Positions 11,932 to 24,293 are shown, counted from the whole stretch's first letter. The stretch: DNA of 61,276 nt, filler included, from Nemertoderma westbladi (GCA_032718475.1; 3 parts of 3 records of this genome joined end to end with filler, not necessarily neighbours in it); one strand, 5' to 3'. Numbers and translations are program-made. Notes: generated by a model from the sequence alone, not told the origin.

Positions 11932-14900
11932 AACACGTCCGTGGGGCCTTCGCGCAGCACGAGGCCCAGTTATGAGATACAAATTAAAATTGTGCGACTG
12001 TATCACAAAATCAGGTTATGAGAGATTAACCCACACCACCAATTAATCAAAGAAAGGGGGACAGTACGTGTTCACCCCTTTTAATCTGCACCCCCCCCCC
12101 CCCCCCTCCCCCACCCACCAATACATAACCGCGACATCTACCACCCACGGAAGGGTAGCACGAACTTAATTCCAAACGCACGTTCAATATGCAAAGCCAG
12201 GTGGTTTATAGGAATATAATCAATGCAGTACTCGTCTTCATTATAAGCCTCTTTGCGTTCGACCTGCTTTGTATTAAAATATATTTATTAAACGCAGGCT
12301 GACGCTCTTTATAATAATAATACCTAGGGATGCCAGCTTCCAGACTTTCAATCTTTACTGCCACGCAAACCCCGCAGAGGAAGTTTTGGTTTGAGAGATC
12401 AAGCCCATCGGCAATTGGTGTTTCAATTTCGGTCCAGGAACTCTGACAATGGGATCATTCAATCTTAGCTGTGGTCCATTCCCGTGGTTTCGGCTCCCTT
12501 TTCTTCGTCCCAATAACAGATTCTTCTGAAGACGTTCGATTCGCTTTCAGTTTATTGTTGGCGTTTGTGTTTTGAAGTTGTATTCGAGTGGACAGTCGCG
12601 CCGGTTTCGAGGTAACCGCTTTCAGTTTATTGTTGGCATTTGTGTTTTGAAGTTGTATTCAAGTGGACAGTTGCGCCGGTTTCGAGGTAACCATACCGAC
12701 CTGTGATAAGCGTTGGTTTTGTTGAGTGTCGGTATTCATCTTCTCTCACCTCTCCAATGTCAGATGTTGCAAATACGAATAACGGTATATATTTCAATAC
12801 TTGTCAATAGTAATATAGATAATTTACTATTTTATATCTGTACTGTTGAGCAAACTCTACATAAATTCCAACCTGTGTATCGTCGGTAGGGCTGTTGCTG
12901 TGCAAGTGCTAGTTGCCACCGGTCAGCCGGTACCGGTAGTAGGGTGGTACCATGGCCTACTACACACAGGCCATGACAAGGACTTTGCTGTGAAATTAGC
13001 GTAGGCTGACTGATGAATTATCAAATATTATATTTTCCATGAATGCAGGGTCCACATTTAAAAGAAGATGACTAGATTTTCGTAAAGAATTTAATTGAAA
13101 CAGTATTTAATAATAAATAAATTAATTATCGCTCGAGTTCCTGCAGCTTTTATTCATGGCAGGAATGTTTGAACGCTAATAAGTCGGTCAATCATGGATG
13201 AAATGGAACCAAACTTGGTACTCATGTAGTCTATAAAAAATTTAGAAATTCTACACACAGACAGACTTCTACAGTTCCCCGGTCTGCCGTTAGGGGGCGA
13301 ATTAACAGAAACGTAAAAATAGCTGTAATTATAGAACCAACGATCAGATTCATCTGAAATTTAGTAGTAGTTACCTACGAGCATTGCTTAATTAGAAATT
13401 CTACAGAGACTTTTACAGTTCCTGTCTGCCGCTAGTGGGGAATTGTTAGAGCTCCAGTTCAACGTGCTTAGCACGGTTTAATAAACAATCAATTAATTAT
13501 TTTATTCAATACAGCAATTATAACAGTAAAATGCAATGTATTCTATTTTTTAGTGAAATCAAGAGATAGGAGGGGGGTGGGACTGGACGCAAATCCCATC
13601 TTGGCGAATTAATATCCCGCCTCAATATTAATTTCTAAATTTTGGGAAAGGAGCAGGTTACAGTGGCACGTTATTTTAACCAAAACAATAAAGTAAACAC
13701 AATAGAACAGGTTACAGTTTTATTTTTGAGAGTAATCAGCTGTTGTTATTTGCGTCCAATTTCCCCTGGAGAGGGATGAATTTTTATTGCGTCCAGTTCC
13801 CCCCCCCCCCCCCCCCCCTATCTTGAAATCAAATACCAAAAATATATTTATTATATGAACAATCTATTTGGAAATTGTAAGTTCGGCCTATCTCTTTACC
13901 ATAAGCTCAGTATCTTTATCTGGTGTGTTTTTATTATTTTACCAATTATTTAATATGTTTGATAGAATTGAACAACACCGCCCAACACAACCAACTCTCT
14001 ATCCGCCTCGAGCATCGAGAAATACCTGCTTATCCCAGTAGTATCCGTCCGTAGTCACCGGACCGCTGCGGTTTACTCCCGTAGAACAGTAGAATTCCCG
14101 CAGCTTCCGACCCAATTCGACAACGAATTCGCTTCACACTTTTGCGTCACAGAGAACGTAATCCAGTGCGATAACGTCTGCCCAACGTTCAACCATTTCC
14201 CCCAGGCGATCCCAGGATACGGGCCGCCGCTAAACCCTGATCGCACTCCTCGTCGATTCGTCCAGTCGTCGACGTAAGTCAGTAAGTGGGACTCTTCCCA
14301 CCGCACTCCAAGGTGGGTGACCGGAGTGAGGCATGATGAACTTGGCAGTGGCCCGCATTACGATCTGACCGACCGCCGTATTCCCAGTGTAGTAAATACC
14401 CAAATAGAATCGTACTGACAAACAAGCAATTCCGTAGTATTCCCCTGTTAATCACCTCTTGAAGCAAATCGGCTGTCGATACATCGGACTGTCGGGAGCG
14501 TTTCAGACAGTAATGGAGCGGCATTTGCGAATATTTCCAATGGTTTTATAATAAATAAGGGGATTCAACAGTTCAATGCTAAAACAAATGGATTATTCCT
14601 AACCCCACCCCAATACAGCAATATACCTAACAGTATATAGCTTAGGTACCACAGTCTGACAGTACCATAATCAGCACAGTCAGCCTACGCATGGGTGGTA
14701 CCTACGGTGCGCACTACAACGGCAGTACAGCAATACGGTGTACCGTGCCAATGACTGAATGATTAGCGGTAACTACTGAACTATCTAAACTATTATATTA
14801 TTATTACCGGTACTAGGCTAATTAGGCCTAAACTATAATCACCGCAAGGGTTTCCGGGGCCATGTTTAGATTACATGATATGGCATGTCTGCAGTGTATG

Positions 14901-15370
14901 GTACCGGCTGACCTGTATTGCAGTATTGACTGATTGCAGAATTCTCGATTCAGGAATTGAGTACAGCCTGACAGTACCGGTACAAATGGTACATGCAGAT
15001 TGGCAGACAGCCCCTATGTTTTGCAAAATTTGTCAGAAAACCAGCTGATTTATCCTACAGTAATAATAATTTAACGCATGTTAATTTTGGATAAATAAAT
15101 ATATTATAACTACAATAACAGTTACACCGAAGCTGCACGAAGGCCCCGCGCAAATTCTACTTGGAAAATTTTCAAACTTTTGCCAAACAACATGTGTACC
15201 AAGTTTGGATAGATTTCATCAAGGATTGGCCGAGTTATTAACGTTTAAAATAAAATACTGAAAAAAAACGCGACAGAACGACAGAACAACAGAACGACAG
15301 AACGACAGAACGACTGGTTGATTAATGGTACCACTACGCTAAGGCTCACTCACTTTGTGGCTCGCCCCAC
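11932..15370 (-). mobile_element. Helentron/HINE (DINE-1-like) non-autonomous element inserted in the extra ORF
   Basis: Removal restores the frame (GAA TAT|ACA CCA CCG); no clear TSD; hairpin gggcct...aggccc near one end, gtggggc/gccccac sub-terminal IR, (acagaacg)n microsatellite at 15270-15314; same two ends occur at 26182-26472. Confidence 0.75.
13970..14520 (-). pseudogene. Captured aldehyde dehydrogenase (ALDH3-like) fragment, frameshifted
   Basis: Stitched frames: TADLLQEVI..IYYTGNTAVGQIVMRATAK..TLECGGKSPTYVD..IAWGKWLNVGQT..REFYGSKPQRSGDYGRI, a class 3 ALDH core. Confidence 0.85.
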
Positions 15371-17013
15371 ACACCACCGGGAGCGGAGTTCAAATCCCAC
15401 TTCAAGCGGCAAGCGTTAGTGTATTGGAACATCTGCGCGCCACCCCGTGCGTCGCTGCAATATTATTTGGTGCTTGAGTCGAACACGGTAACTTGTTTAT
15501 TAGCGGATATCGTTGCGCGAGTTTTGAAGCGTCATCCATTGGTATTCGTTCGGATGAGATCAATACGTTCGCTCGAAAGGGGGAATCCAATCCGACGTGA
15601 TGAAGCGTTTCTTAACCCCGTTCTTCAACCAATCGTTAGAGAATACGTCAATGGTTAGGAGAGGATTAGCGATATTCGAAGGAGTATATCGACAGAACAT
15701 CGGAGATTTGGGAGACCGACCATCGATGGAGTATCCGACGCCAGAGGCCTTGGAGAAGTGGTTAGGGAATCAAACCCGCGGGTTTGGTACTCCCGTCCAC
15801 TTGGAGGCGGATAGACCCGTTAGAGAGGGTTGGCCGGAGACATTAGTAGAGGTGTTCGGAGTGGATCTTCCGGTGGAGAAGACATATCCGAAACGAACGC
15901 GGGAGGAAATATTGGAGATAGAGGACAAGGGCGAGGATGTTTACTTTGTTCCGGATCGACAACCTCTGACCAGAGAGGACGACATCGTATTAGATATTGG
16001 GAAGGAAGGGAGTGCGAAACCGATTGGAGACCTCATATATGAGAGGGGATGGTTTCCACAAGCGCGTAGATGCAAGCTGTGCGGCAGCACGAGACACAAT
16101 CAAAAGTCGTGCGACGCGGTAGTAGAGGCGGCGCATAAGGTCTGCCGTTGGTGTAAAGAGACAGATCACTCGTTTCATACGTGCACCGTCTTCATTTCTC
16201 AATGCGGATATTGTGGGGTAAAGGGACATCGTAGCGCGAGATGCCAACTACGAGATGATTCCTTCCAAAACCATAGCATTTTGGGCAGTAGACCCATCGC
16301 ACATTGCGTATGAGCCATATCTACAATCGTTACCGCAATATCAGGAGCTAATATTAACCGCTCAAGATCTTCCGCAGAACACTGGAGTTATTGTTGTTCG
16401 GGAATACTTTCGACAACTTAACATGGATAACAAATATACTTGGAACTTTGTTGCTATTTGCGACCGTATAACAAAGGGTCTATTTTCAGAAACCAGGAAG
16501 GTGGTGCACACGCGAGGAGACTGGAAAATGGCGGCTATACAATACCGCAATGAGTTCCTATTGACTCACATACCGGTGGGGTCATTGACCGCCGAGCGGA
16601 TAAAGGAGCAGCGAACCGCAGCGCCCACAGCGACAACCGCTGGAGCTCAAGGCTCGCAGCGAGAACCAGGAGGAGAGGTCCTAGACAAGCGTCAAGTCAA
16701 GGACGACCGCTATCATTCGATTATAGAAGCGCAGCGATTGCAGCGCAAGGCACAGGGGGCGTCCGAAAAGGCGCGTGTGCAATTGCAGAAGGAGGAGTTG
16801 GTGGAGGCGACCACAGGAGCACGACAATTGGGACGAGGCCGAGGGAGAAGTACCAGCCGAGAATCAGTCAGGGCCCAGGGAACATCGTCGCCGGTTCCGG
16901 GGAGTGACGCCTCACGGGCGCCGTCAACAGAGTCAACACGAGGAAGACTGGTGTATCTGGGGAGGGGGCGAAAAAGAGGAGCGAGCCCGAAGAGCCCAGG
17001 AGCGGGTCAATAA
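15371..17013 (+). pseudogene. Family A extra ORF, 3' part: ExoIII-like helix, three CCHC zinc knuckles, basic RG-rich tail
   Basis: YWNICAPPRASLQYYLVLE; CKLCGSTRHNQKSC, CRWCKETDHSFHTC, CGYCGVKGHRSARC; tail GRGRGRSTSR; two frameshifts. Confidence 0.75.
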
Positions 17014-17532
17014 TGCAATCGTATCACGGAACGACAGACTCTAGATATATACATCATTGTCGCTCTGATGTATATTGTAGCATTTTTGTAAATATTCGAC
17101 TGGACTCATATACACTAGTCGTACTAATTTGAATTTATATTATGAGAGAGGAGAAGGAGGCGATTGGGGAGACAAACCTGCGGGTTTGGCTTACTCCTTT
17201 CACCTGCCCTAGCAAGTTTTATATGAAGGCAATATTTAGTAAATTTAATTTTGTATGTAGTAATCATTATGTAGTACAAACGAGAAAGCAGTATTTTTGT
17301 AAATTTAATTTGTATGTAATAATCGTTAACATTGAGAGAGATAATATTTTTGTAAATTTGATTTGTATGCAAACCCATTATGCAATATATCTGCAATATT
17401 TTGTAAATACTTAGAATTATTATGATACCAAGTTAATTAGATTCTTTGAAAGTGAATTTATTTTGTTTTGTCTACATCGCCCTATATTCTTCTACAATTG
17501 GAGGGAAACATTGCTTGTTTCCCTTGGAGCGG

Positions 17533-19775
17533 TGTTACGATATATGGCGCTGTGTACCTATATTAGTCGTTATACAGTATATATATATATAGTATTAGAT
17601 AAGCCATAAAGACGTGCAATCATATTTAGATAAGGAAAGTAAAACGCCCATATTTGAATTTATCCATTTTATACAGTATGTAGTCCTACCTAGGTAATTT
17701 TGTAATAAAATATAAGTAAATAGTTCCATTGATATAAGCTTGCTGTTATTAGCCTCAATAGGACTAGCTGTGTATTGGGTTTAATTTTCTTTATATTTGC
17801 GCTAAATTAATTTCTATGTATCATATTATTAGTACCGCTAAATTAAGCATCACCAAAATTAACATATATGGTGACGATTTGTGATTTCAAGGAGCAATAG
17901 GTTCACAATCCGGCTTCCTTATTGGCCTAGCTGCTTCCAGGTTGGTCTAATGGTAGCGCAGATTGGGGAGCCAATCAGAGAACTATTGCATCATCCCTCG
18001 TGAATCACCTATAAATTGGCGGTATTTCCGGTATGTGCTGTGTAATTTTCTCATGATCTTAATCTCTCTATCTCTCACTATTCTGCTGTACTGTCACGAC
18101 TGTACCTTAGAATTATTCTGTATTTTGCGTATTTTGTAATTTTGTCATGATCTCAATCTCTATCTCTCACTATTCTGCTGTACTGTCACAACTGTAGAAT
18201 TATTCTGTATTTTGCGTATTTTCTGCTTTTTTCAATTATTTCTTGCAATAATTCGCTAATTTGTAATTTCTACTGATTTCTTGTTGTGTTTCTCAATTCA
18301 ATCCCAATGATTACTGCTAATTACAATCGGAACTATGATTTCTACCCTTTAGTTAATGGTTCTATGTATTCCTTTCGATGCAATAATCCCATGGGATTTC
18401 CTTAGACTGTCAGACTTTGTGATTGCATGCGCCGTTACGGTAGCTACCCATTAGATGGAGGGCTGAGGTACCGGTAGGCGCGGCAGGCGCATCGGGGGGT
18501 TAGCGACGAAGGGAGTGGGGAGGATTCAAAGGCAAGCAACGCTGGCGGGGGGTCACCGTTGCGGTCGGAAGGTTGGCAGTGTAGAGAGAAGACAGCTCGC
18601 TGGTACAGTAATTAATGGGCTGATGATCCAGATTTTGTCTCTATTTTGTAGTATTAGGGGGGCAGGAATCGGGTTAGTTAGGAAGCCTAGATGTACCCGG
18701 GAGAGGCCTTTGTGCTTTACATTGCGGACTGAATTGTAGACTGCGTCGCAAACTACGTTGCGAACTGTAGATTGCGAGTTGTGAACTGTGAATTGCTGAC
18801 TGCTGATTGTGAATTGTACATTAGGAACTATAATTGGTAAGTATAAATTATTGATTGTTACGCTGATTGGTGTGTTGCTAAAGTGTGCCTAATAAATCAT
18901 GAATGTTTAGATAGGCGCCCTTTTTCCTTTGATTGATTTCTATTTCTTAGTTTACGATAAATAATTACTGATTAGGTCGAAAATAATACAGTATTTAGGC
19001 TGTTACTAGTGCAACCCGTTGTGTAATAAATTAGAATTACGCATTCTGGAACACTTAGTAATTAGTACGCTGTTTCATATTTGTGACTGCAATTAATTAG
19101 TAAAATTAAGAATTTGTATGCAGCATAGCGGAGAGTAGTTAAGGTAATAATTTGGAGTACCGTAAACTATTCACGCTGGGCGGTTATTTGAAATTAGCGG
19201 GTAATAAGTTAGATAGCAGTATCCAGTACGCAGAACGCAGTAGTAAATTGCTGGCCTAAAGCCAGCCGAAGGCAAGTTTAGACCTATAGTAGGTATTAGT
19301 CCCTGATAAGACACTGCATCTTCCTTTTTTTGATTATTTAAATATTCTCACATTCACATATTCCGTTAGGGAACCCCAGTATTTGCTATTAGAAAGGACG
19401 CGGTTATTAGCGCGTTTTAGCAGTAAGATTAGGCCATAAAGAATATACTCTGAGTGTAAAGCCTCTCACACTCGTTTTAAGTAGCTTAGGGAGCCGATTC
19501 GGGTTTATTGTTTTGGTTTTCCCGCGTGGCTCATATATTCGAACAGTTAGCTCTCTATCGAGCGATCGGTAGAGAAAGGAACAAGCGATTTGCAGGAGCC
19601 GTAGAAAATTTGTAAAATATATTAGCGGATGGCAGGTTAGCGCCATCCAACGGTAAATAGCGGTTTTGTATTTAGCAGCCCTACAGTAGTAATAGCACGC
19701 TCCTGATCACCCCTGTTTAACAGTAGAGCAGTCTTTGTGTCTTTATTGGTTAGGCAGGGACCCGCTAGTTTAACA
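17533..19775 (+). repeat. 3' LTR of family A copy 1 (2243 bp)
   Basis: TGTTA...TAACA termini, preceded by a hairpin and GGAGCGG; homology with 45420-47499 ends exactly at TTTAACA. Confidence 0.88.
17965..18020 (+). promoter_or_regulatory. Putative LTR promoter (CCAAT + TATA)
   Basis: agccaat...cacctataaattggcgg, conserved in copy 2 (45901-45968) amid divergent flanks. Confidence 0.55.
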
Positions 19776-20169
19776 GTGGCCTATGATATTTTACCTAGTC
19801 ACTTGCAATTTATAACTAATCATTTGCAATTTACTATTATTGCATTACTTGTTGATTAATATATTGGACCAGAGATCAAATCAACTCGATTTCCACACGG
19901 TGAGTGTAAGTGCGCCTTGTCAGTAATAAGATTTGGTTCATTTAATGCGAATGTGTGAGTCCATAGTATTGTTATATTATTCCCAACTAGTAACTATTAT
20001 TTACCAGCGATGCAAGTGATTCGAGTAAATCGTGCGCTTATCACGCACTAGGCCAAGTAGCCTCCTACCTGTGATATATGTATGTCATATGTACATCCAC
20101 GTTGTATAGCGCAGTGAGAGTGAGAAGAATAAACGGGAGGACTTGCTTGATTGTGCTCATATAATATTT

Positions 20170-20995
20170 TGCATGGCCTTGTTATTGGTGGAGTTTCTTA
20201 TCAATTGTTCGATTTCCTCAAGTGAGAACGGTTCATTGTACCAGTCTGTTTCGTGAGTTCTGTTTCATCCGGCACAGGAGTTGATTCGCAGTTGATTGGG
20301 TCGTTTAACGTTCCTGGAAGAGATCGGAAGTGGGGTTCTAAGGTTGTTACGCCAATTTGAGCACCTGCCGGTTTGCTATTTTTCAATAAGGACCATGGTG
20401 TAACCTCGGCGTTATTAATCCTTTCTGAGAGCTTCACCTCTTCGTAACGCTCGCACTTCAACTTTATGAGTTTCTTGTATTGTCTGCGTAGACAATGACA
20501 TAGACACATCTGTCTGCATTCTGTATCGTACCATGGCTTACCTTTGCTACTAGCGCCAATGATTGGTCTGGTGGAGTGGTTGAGCAAATTAGTAAGGTTG
20601 CTTGCTGTTTGCCGCGTCGAGTTCACCTGATTTTATTATGAGATGATATACTGGGTAAATCAAGCCGATAGTGGAAGACGTTCATGTTTAGGTTTCGGGA
20701 GAGATTACTACGATGTTGAATCAGCACTGGAGGGTTCCCAAGCTGTAACGATGACACAATTGCTGGTGTTTTCTTATAGGGTTTTCTAACACCCGAATTT
20801 CAGGAAGAGGCGATTCTATTGGGCCAACAAACTTGATTAAAAGAAGATATATAGTGTTTTCTCCTTGTGGGGAGACATATGTCGAGGTGTTCGGGTTGTT
20901 TAAACACGCGAAACCTAAGCTGCAGAGTTGGGATACAAGTGCTGCACCGCGGTTGCCATGGTCCAGTCTGCAGTTAAAATCACCACCAATGACTA
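20170..20995 (-). pseudogene. LINE ORF2 fragment (AP endonuclease C-terminus and linker)
   Basis: Minus strand reads VIGGDFNCRLDHGNRG...LNNPNTSTY; ORF 20201..20626 has KPWYDTEC and PWSLLK. Confidence 0.75.
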
Positions 20996-21009
20996 TTGGA
21001 ATTTAGCCT

Positions 21010-21305
21010 GCTTCTTTAACCTGATCCTCCCCCTCAATTGATAAAAGTAATCGTTAATTGTTTTGGTTAGAAAAGCCTTCTTCTGTAACCTGCTCCTTTC
21101 CCTCAATGGGTAAAAGTAATCGTTTATGGTTTTGGTTAGAAAAGGTTGCCTCTGTAACCTGATCCTTTCCCTTAATTTGTAAAAGTAATCGTTTGATTGT
21201 TTTGGTTGAAAATCCCGCCTCTGTAACCTGCTCCTTTCCCTCATTTGGTAAAGTAACCGTTTATTGTTTTGGTTAGAAAAGCACGCCTCTGTAACCTGCT
21301 CATTA
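21010..21305 (-). repeat. Tandem repeat, ~60-bp unit (same family as 32480-33065)
   Basis: About 5 copies of gtaacctgctcctttccctca...gttttggttagaaaa. Confidence 0.85.
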
Positions 21306-21830
21306 CAGGTAACCGGTTTAATTATTATTTTAATTAGCAAGATTAAAAATAGCATTAAAAGCGTTATGTTACCCGATGTCAATTTAAACAGTTCAAGGAC
21401 ACAATCTTTCCTTACGTGGTATGGGGTATTAGTCCTACGCAGCATGTTAATAATGTACCAGAATAGCGACACTATATTCCAGGTCACGGTGTAGTCTTAA
21501 CTGAGTAAGATACCGTACGGCCACGGAATTGCTACATGAAACACTGAAGTTCCTTCCTCGTATTTGAGAATTACGCGGCATATGGCCGTGTATTGACGAT
21601 TTTGCACCGCGCAGCGTGAGAAGTCTACACCGCGGCGCAGGCGGCGTTAAAGTTCGTGCAAAGTGCAGAAGTGAGAACAAGAATTTGCCACAAAAAATTT
21701 CGCTCGCTTCGCACGCGTTTCATTTCCATTTGGTATTGTTAAAATGAAAAATGTCGCAAGCGTTTCTTTTTAATTTTGCATTTTAAGGATTAAAAAATTT
21801 CGCTCGCGTTTCTTTTTCATTTGGCATTGT

Positions 21831-22578
21831 TGTAATCCGGCGCACAACATGAAATTGCGGCGTACACTTGGTGTAGGCCTGCTTGTGAGGAACGGCGCAG
21901 AGTTGAGAGAGGGAGAGGGAGACTGCACCTGTTCCGTCGGGTCTTACCAAAGTGGGAGGGAGAGGGAGACTGCACCTGTTCCGTCGGGTCTTACCAAAGA
22001 GGGAGGGCTATTAGACACTCCCCGTTAAGAGTTCGATAAAGTGGACTGTATATTGGAAGGGAAGTTGAGATGAAAACAAGTAGAATCGATGTGAACTGCA
22101 GGAACTATTATATTATATCATTAGAATCAGGTATTATTAAGTACAGATAGTTGAGATATTACAGAAATACTATTTACAGATAAAAATGCCGCTAAAAATA
22201 TAAAAACTTTTACTGTTGTAAAAGTCAGGGGCTTCCGCAAGCAGAGGGTGAAGGTGCAAGTAGGTAAGGAAAGTGAGAAAACAGGCCCTTTTATAGCCAG
22301 ACATTACGCAAATCGGGATCGGAACGCTCTGAATGCTGATTGGTCGTAGCTCCTCCCTGATTGGTCGGCGCTACTGGTTGGCCAAACAGTTGCGTTTCGA
22401 TCCTATTGCACCTATGGGCTGGCGAGGGCAGGAGGTCGATGACATGGGTCATGTGACATAGAAACATATTAGCGTTTGGGATACCAAACGTGACTGACCC
22501 CACTGGACAAACCTACACGGTTCGATCTTATAGCATAATAGAAACGTACCGTCAGCGTTTGGATGGCCAATTATCACA
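21831..22578 (-). mobile_element. Possible solo LTR
   Basis: Minus strand begins TGTGAT and ends TTACA; CCAAT boxes then ctataaaagggcc (~22285-22297); internal ~50-bp duplication; no clean TSD. Confidence 0.45.
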
Positions 22579-22794
22579 GTGTTGGTACGCAAAGGGTTAA
22601 GGGCGGCACCGGCAGCGTAGATGAGTGTCCAGCTAAAGAGACATATTGGAATATGGAAGGTAGAAAGCTATAGATGCTGTAAGATGCAAAGGTGTTCCTC
22701 TGATACCGAAACATTCTAGTTTATTTATTAAAATTTTGTGGTTAATCGTATTGAACCCCTTTTTTATGTCTACTGTATGTATACGGTTGTGGCA

Positions 22795-23345
22795 GCATAT
22801 ATATATAAAAACAATCAAGTTGTTGTATATTATCTGAAATTTTATGGAGATTTCAAATATGCAATCGGTTTTGTCACACCTTTCTTAGTTTTCGAAATGT
22901 TTCACGAAAACCAATGGGTACTCAAAAAGTGGGTCCACCATGAAAGTTTCAATAATCCAGAATCTTTAAAACTCATCAAGGCAAATAAATGAGTATTACA
23001 TGTATCCGAAAAATGAAATTTTCATGTTGAACCAACATTTGGCACCCAGTGAAAAGTAGCATGTACCACATCAACCATTCGCCTGGAAAATATTTCCATC
23101 ATGTACGTTTGCCATCCTTGAAAACCTTTATAGGTCGCAAATGAGGGCTGACTGGTGAGTTTAAAGATTCTGGATTATTGAAACTTTCATGGTGAACCCA
23201 CTTTTTGGGTACCCATTGGTTTTCATGAAATATTTCGAAAACTGAGAAAGGTATGACAAATACCGATTGCATATTTGAAATCTCCATAAAATTTCAGATA
23301 ATATACAACAACTTGATTGTCTTTATACAAATATATATACATGCC
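22795..23345. repeat. Long inverted repeat (MITE-like)
   Basis: 22800-22975 is the reverse complement of 23158-23340. Confidence 0.8.
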
Positions 23346-24293
23346 ACGACAACGTTGAAAAATCGACCCACTAATTTTTTGGCCTTGCTGCCATTTGGCA
23401 GGCCGTATTTAAGCAGCCTAGGCCATGTCCAGGGCCTGGTTAATTTTATCTATAACTGAAAATAAAGCGTGAGATGTCGAGGTTTTTCTCCGAAATCCTA
23501 CTTGCTCGAATCGTAGGCATTAATTTCTTGGAAAAATATAGATTGGCCCTCAGTTTCACTAATGAAATCTAGGGCCAAACCTGAGTAATACTATCGGTCG
23601 AATATACTGTATGATATATGGATATTAATTATTTTTAGGAGGAAGATGCTGGTTTTTAAATTGTAGAAAAAGACCCAGGCATAATATCCCGGCACAATAA
23701 TTACACCACTCAACCTACTCTACTTCGCGGTAAAATAACACAGCCTTTCATCCAGGGTAATTGAAATCCAACTCGGAGTAATACGGTACACGGGCACTAC
23801 CCGGTTCGAAATACCTTACTAATTTAGTAAAACTTACACAAAATTTGCATGCCCCCAATTTTCCAATGATCGACATTATAAATTTTACAATATTAGCATG
23901 TAAACAGCAAGTTGTATTAAGTTTGTAAGATATATAAATTTTTCTAAACATAACAAGTGCATATCAAAAATTTAGTTATAAACTTGACAAATTTAGAAGG
24001 AGAATTAAACTTATTAAAATTGGTAAGTTATCCCTATGATTGTGTATGGTGAAAGGATTTCCTATTGGTTGGAATGTTTAGGGATCAGTGTCACAGACTG
24101 CAGTAGGCCTACTGCTGTACTGAGTAACGCCTGGCCTGCCCTGTCAGCCTATCTGTCTGCCTGTCAACCAGTACACAGTACAGCAGTCTGCAGTCAGGCA
24201 GTAGCTTCAGTGCAGCAGTGTGATTTCAGTTAATCAGTACTGCAGTCAGGCAGTGTACTGCAGTACTGTACAGGTACCTTTGCTGGTGTTGTC

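Larger units (their letters stand above)
2761..19775 (+). mobile_element. BEL/Pao LTR retrotransposon family A, copy 1 (5' LTR missing; gag-pol, extra ORF, 3' LTR)
   Basis: Gag-PR-RT-RH-IN order with BEL motifs; colinear with copy 2 (40806-47499) through to the LTR end. Confidence 0.93.

Noticed and set aside
15597-16313. Zinc-knuckle ORF as Gag or ORF1 of a separate nested element
   Set aside because: Continuous with the exonuclease frame, carries the family palindrome, and its downstream tail is shared with copy 2
9978-17013. Extra ORF as env
   Set aside because: No signal peptide, transmembrane helix or glycoprotein-like Cys pattern; nuclease and knuckle motifs instead
19776-19800. gTGGCCTATG after the LTR as a PBS (tandem element)
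   Set aside because: No recognisable tRNA complement and no gag follows
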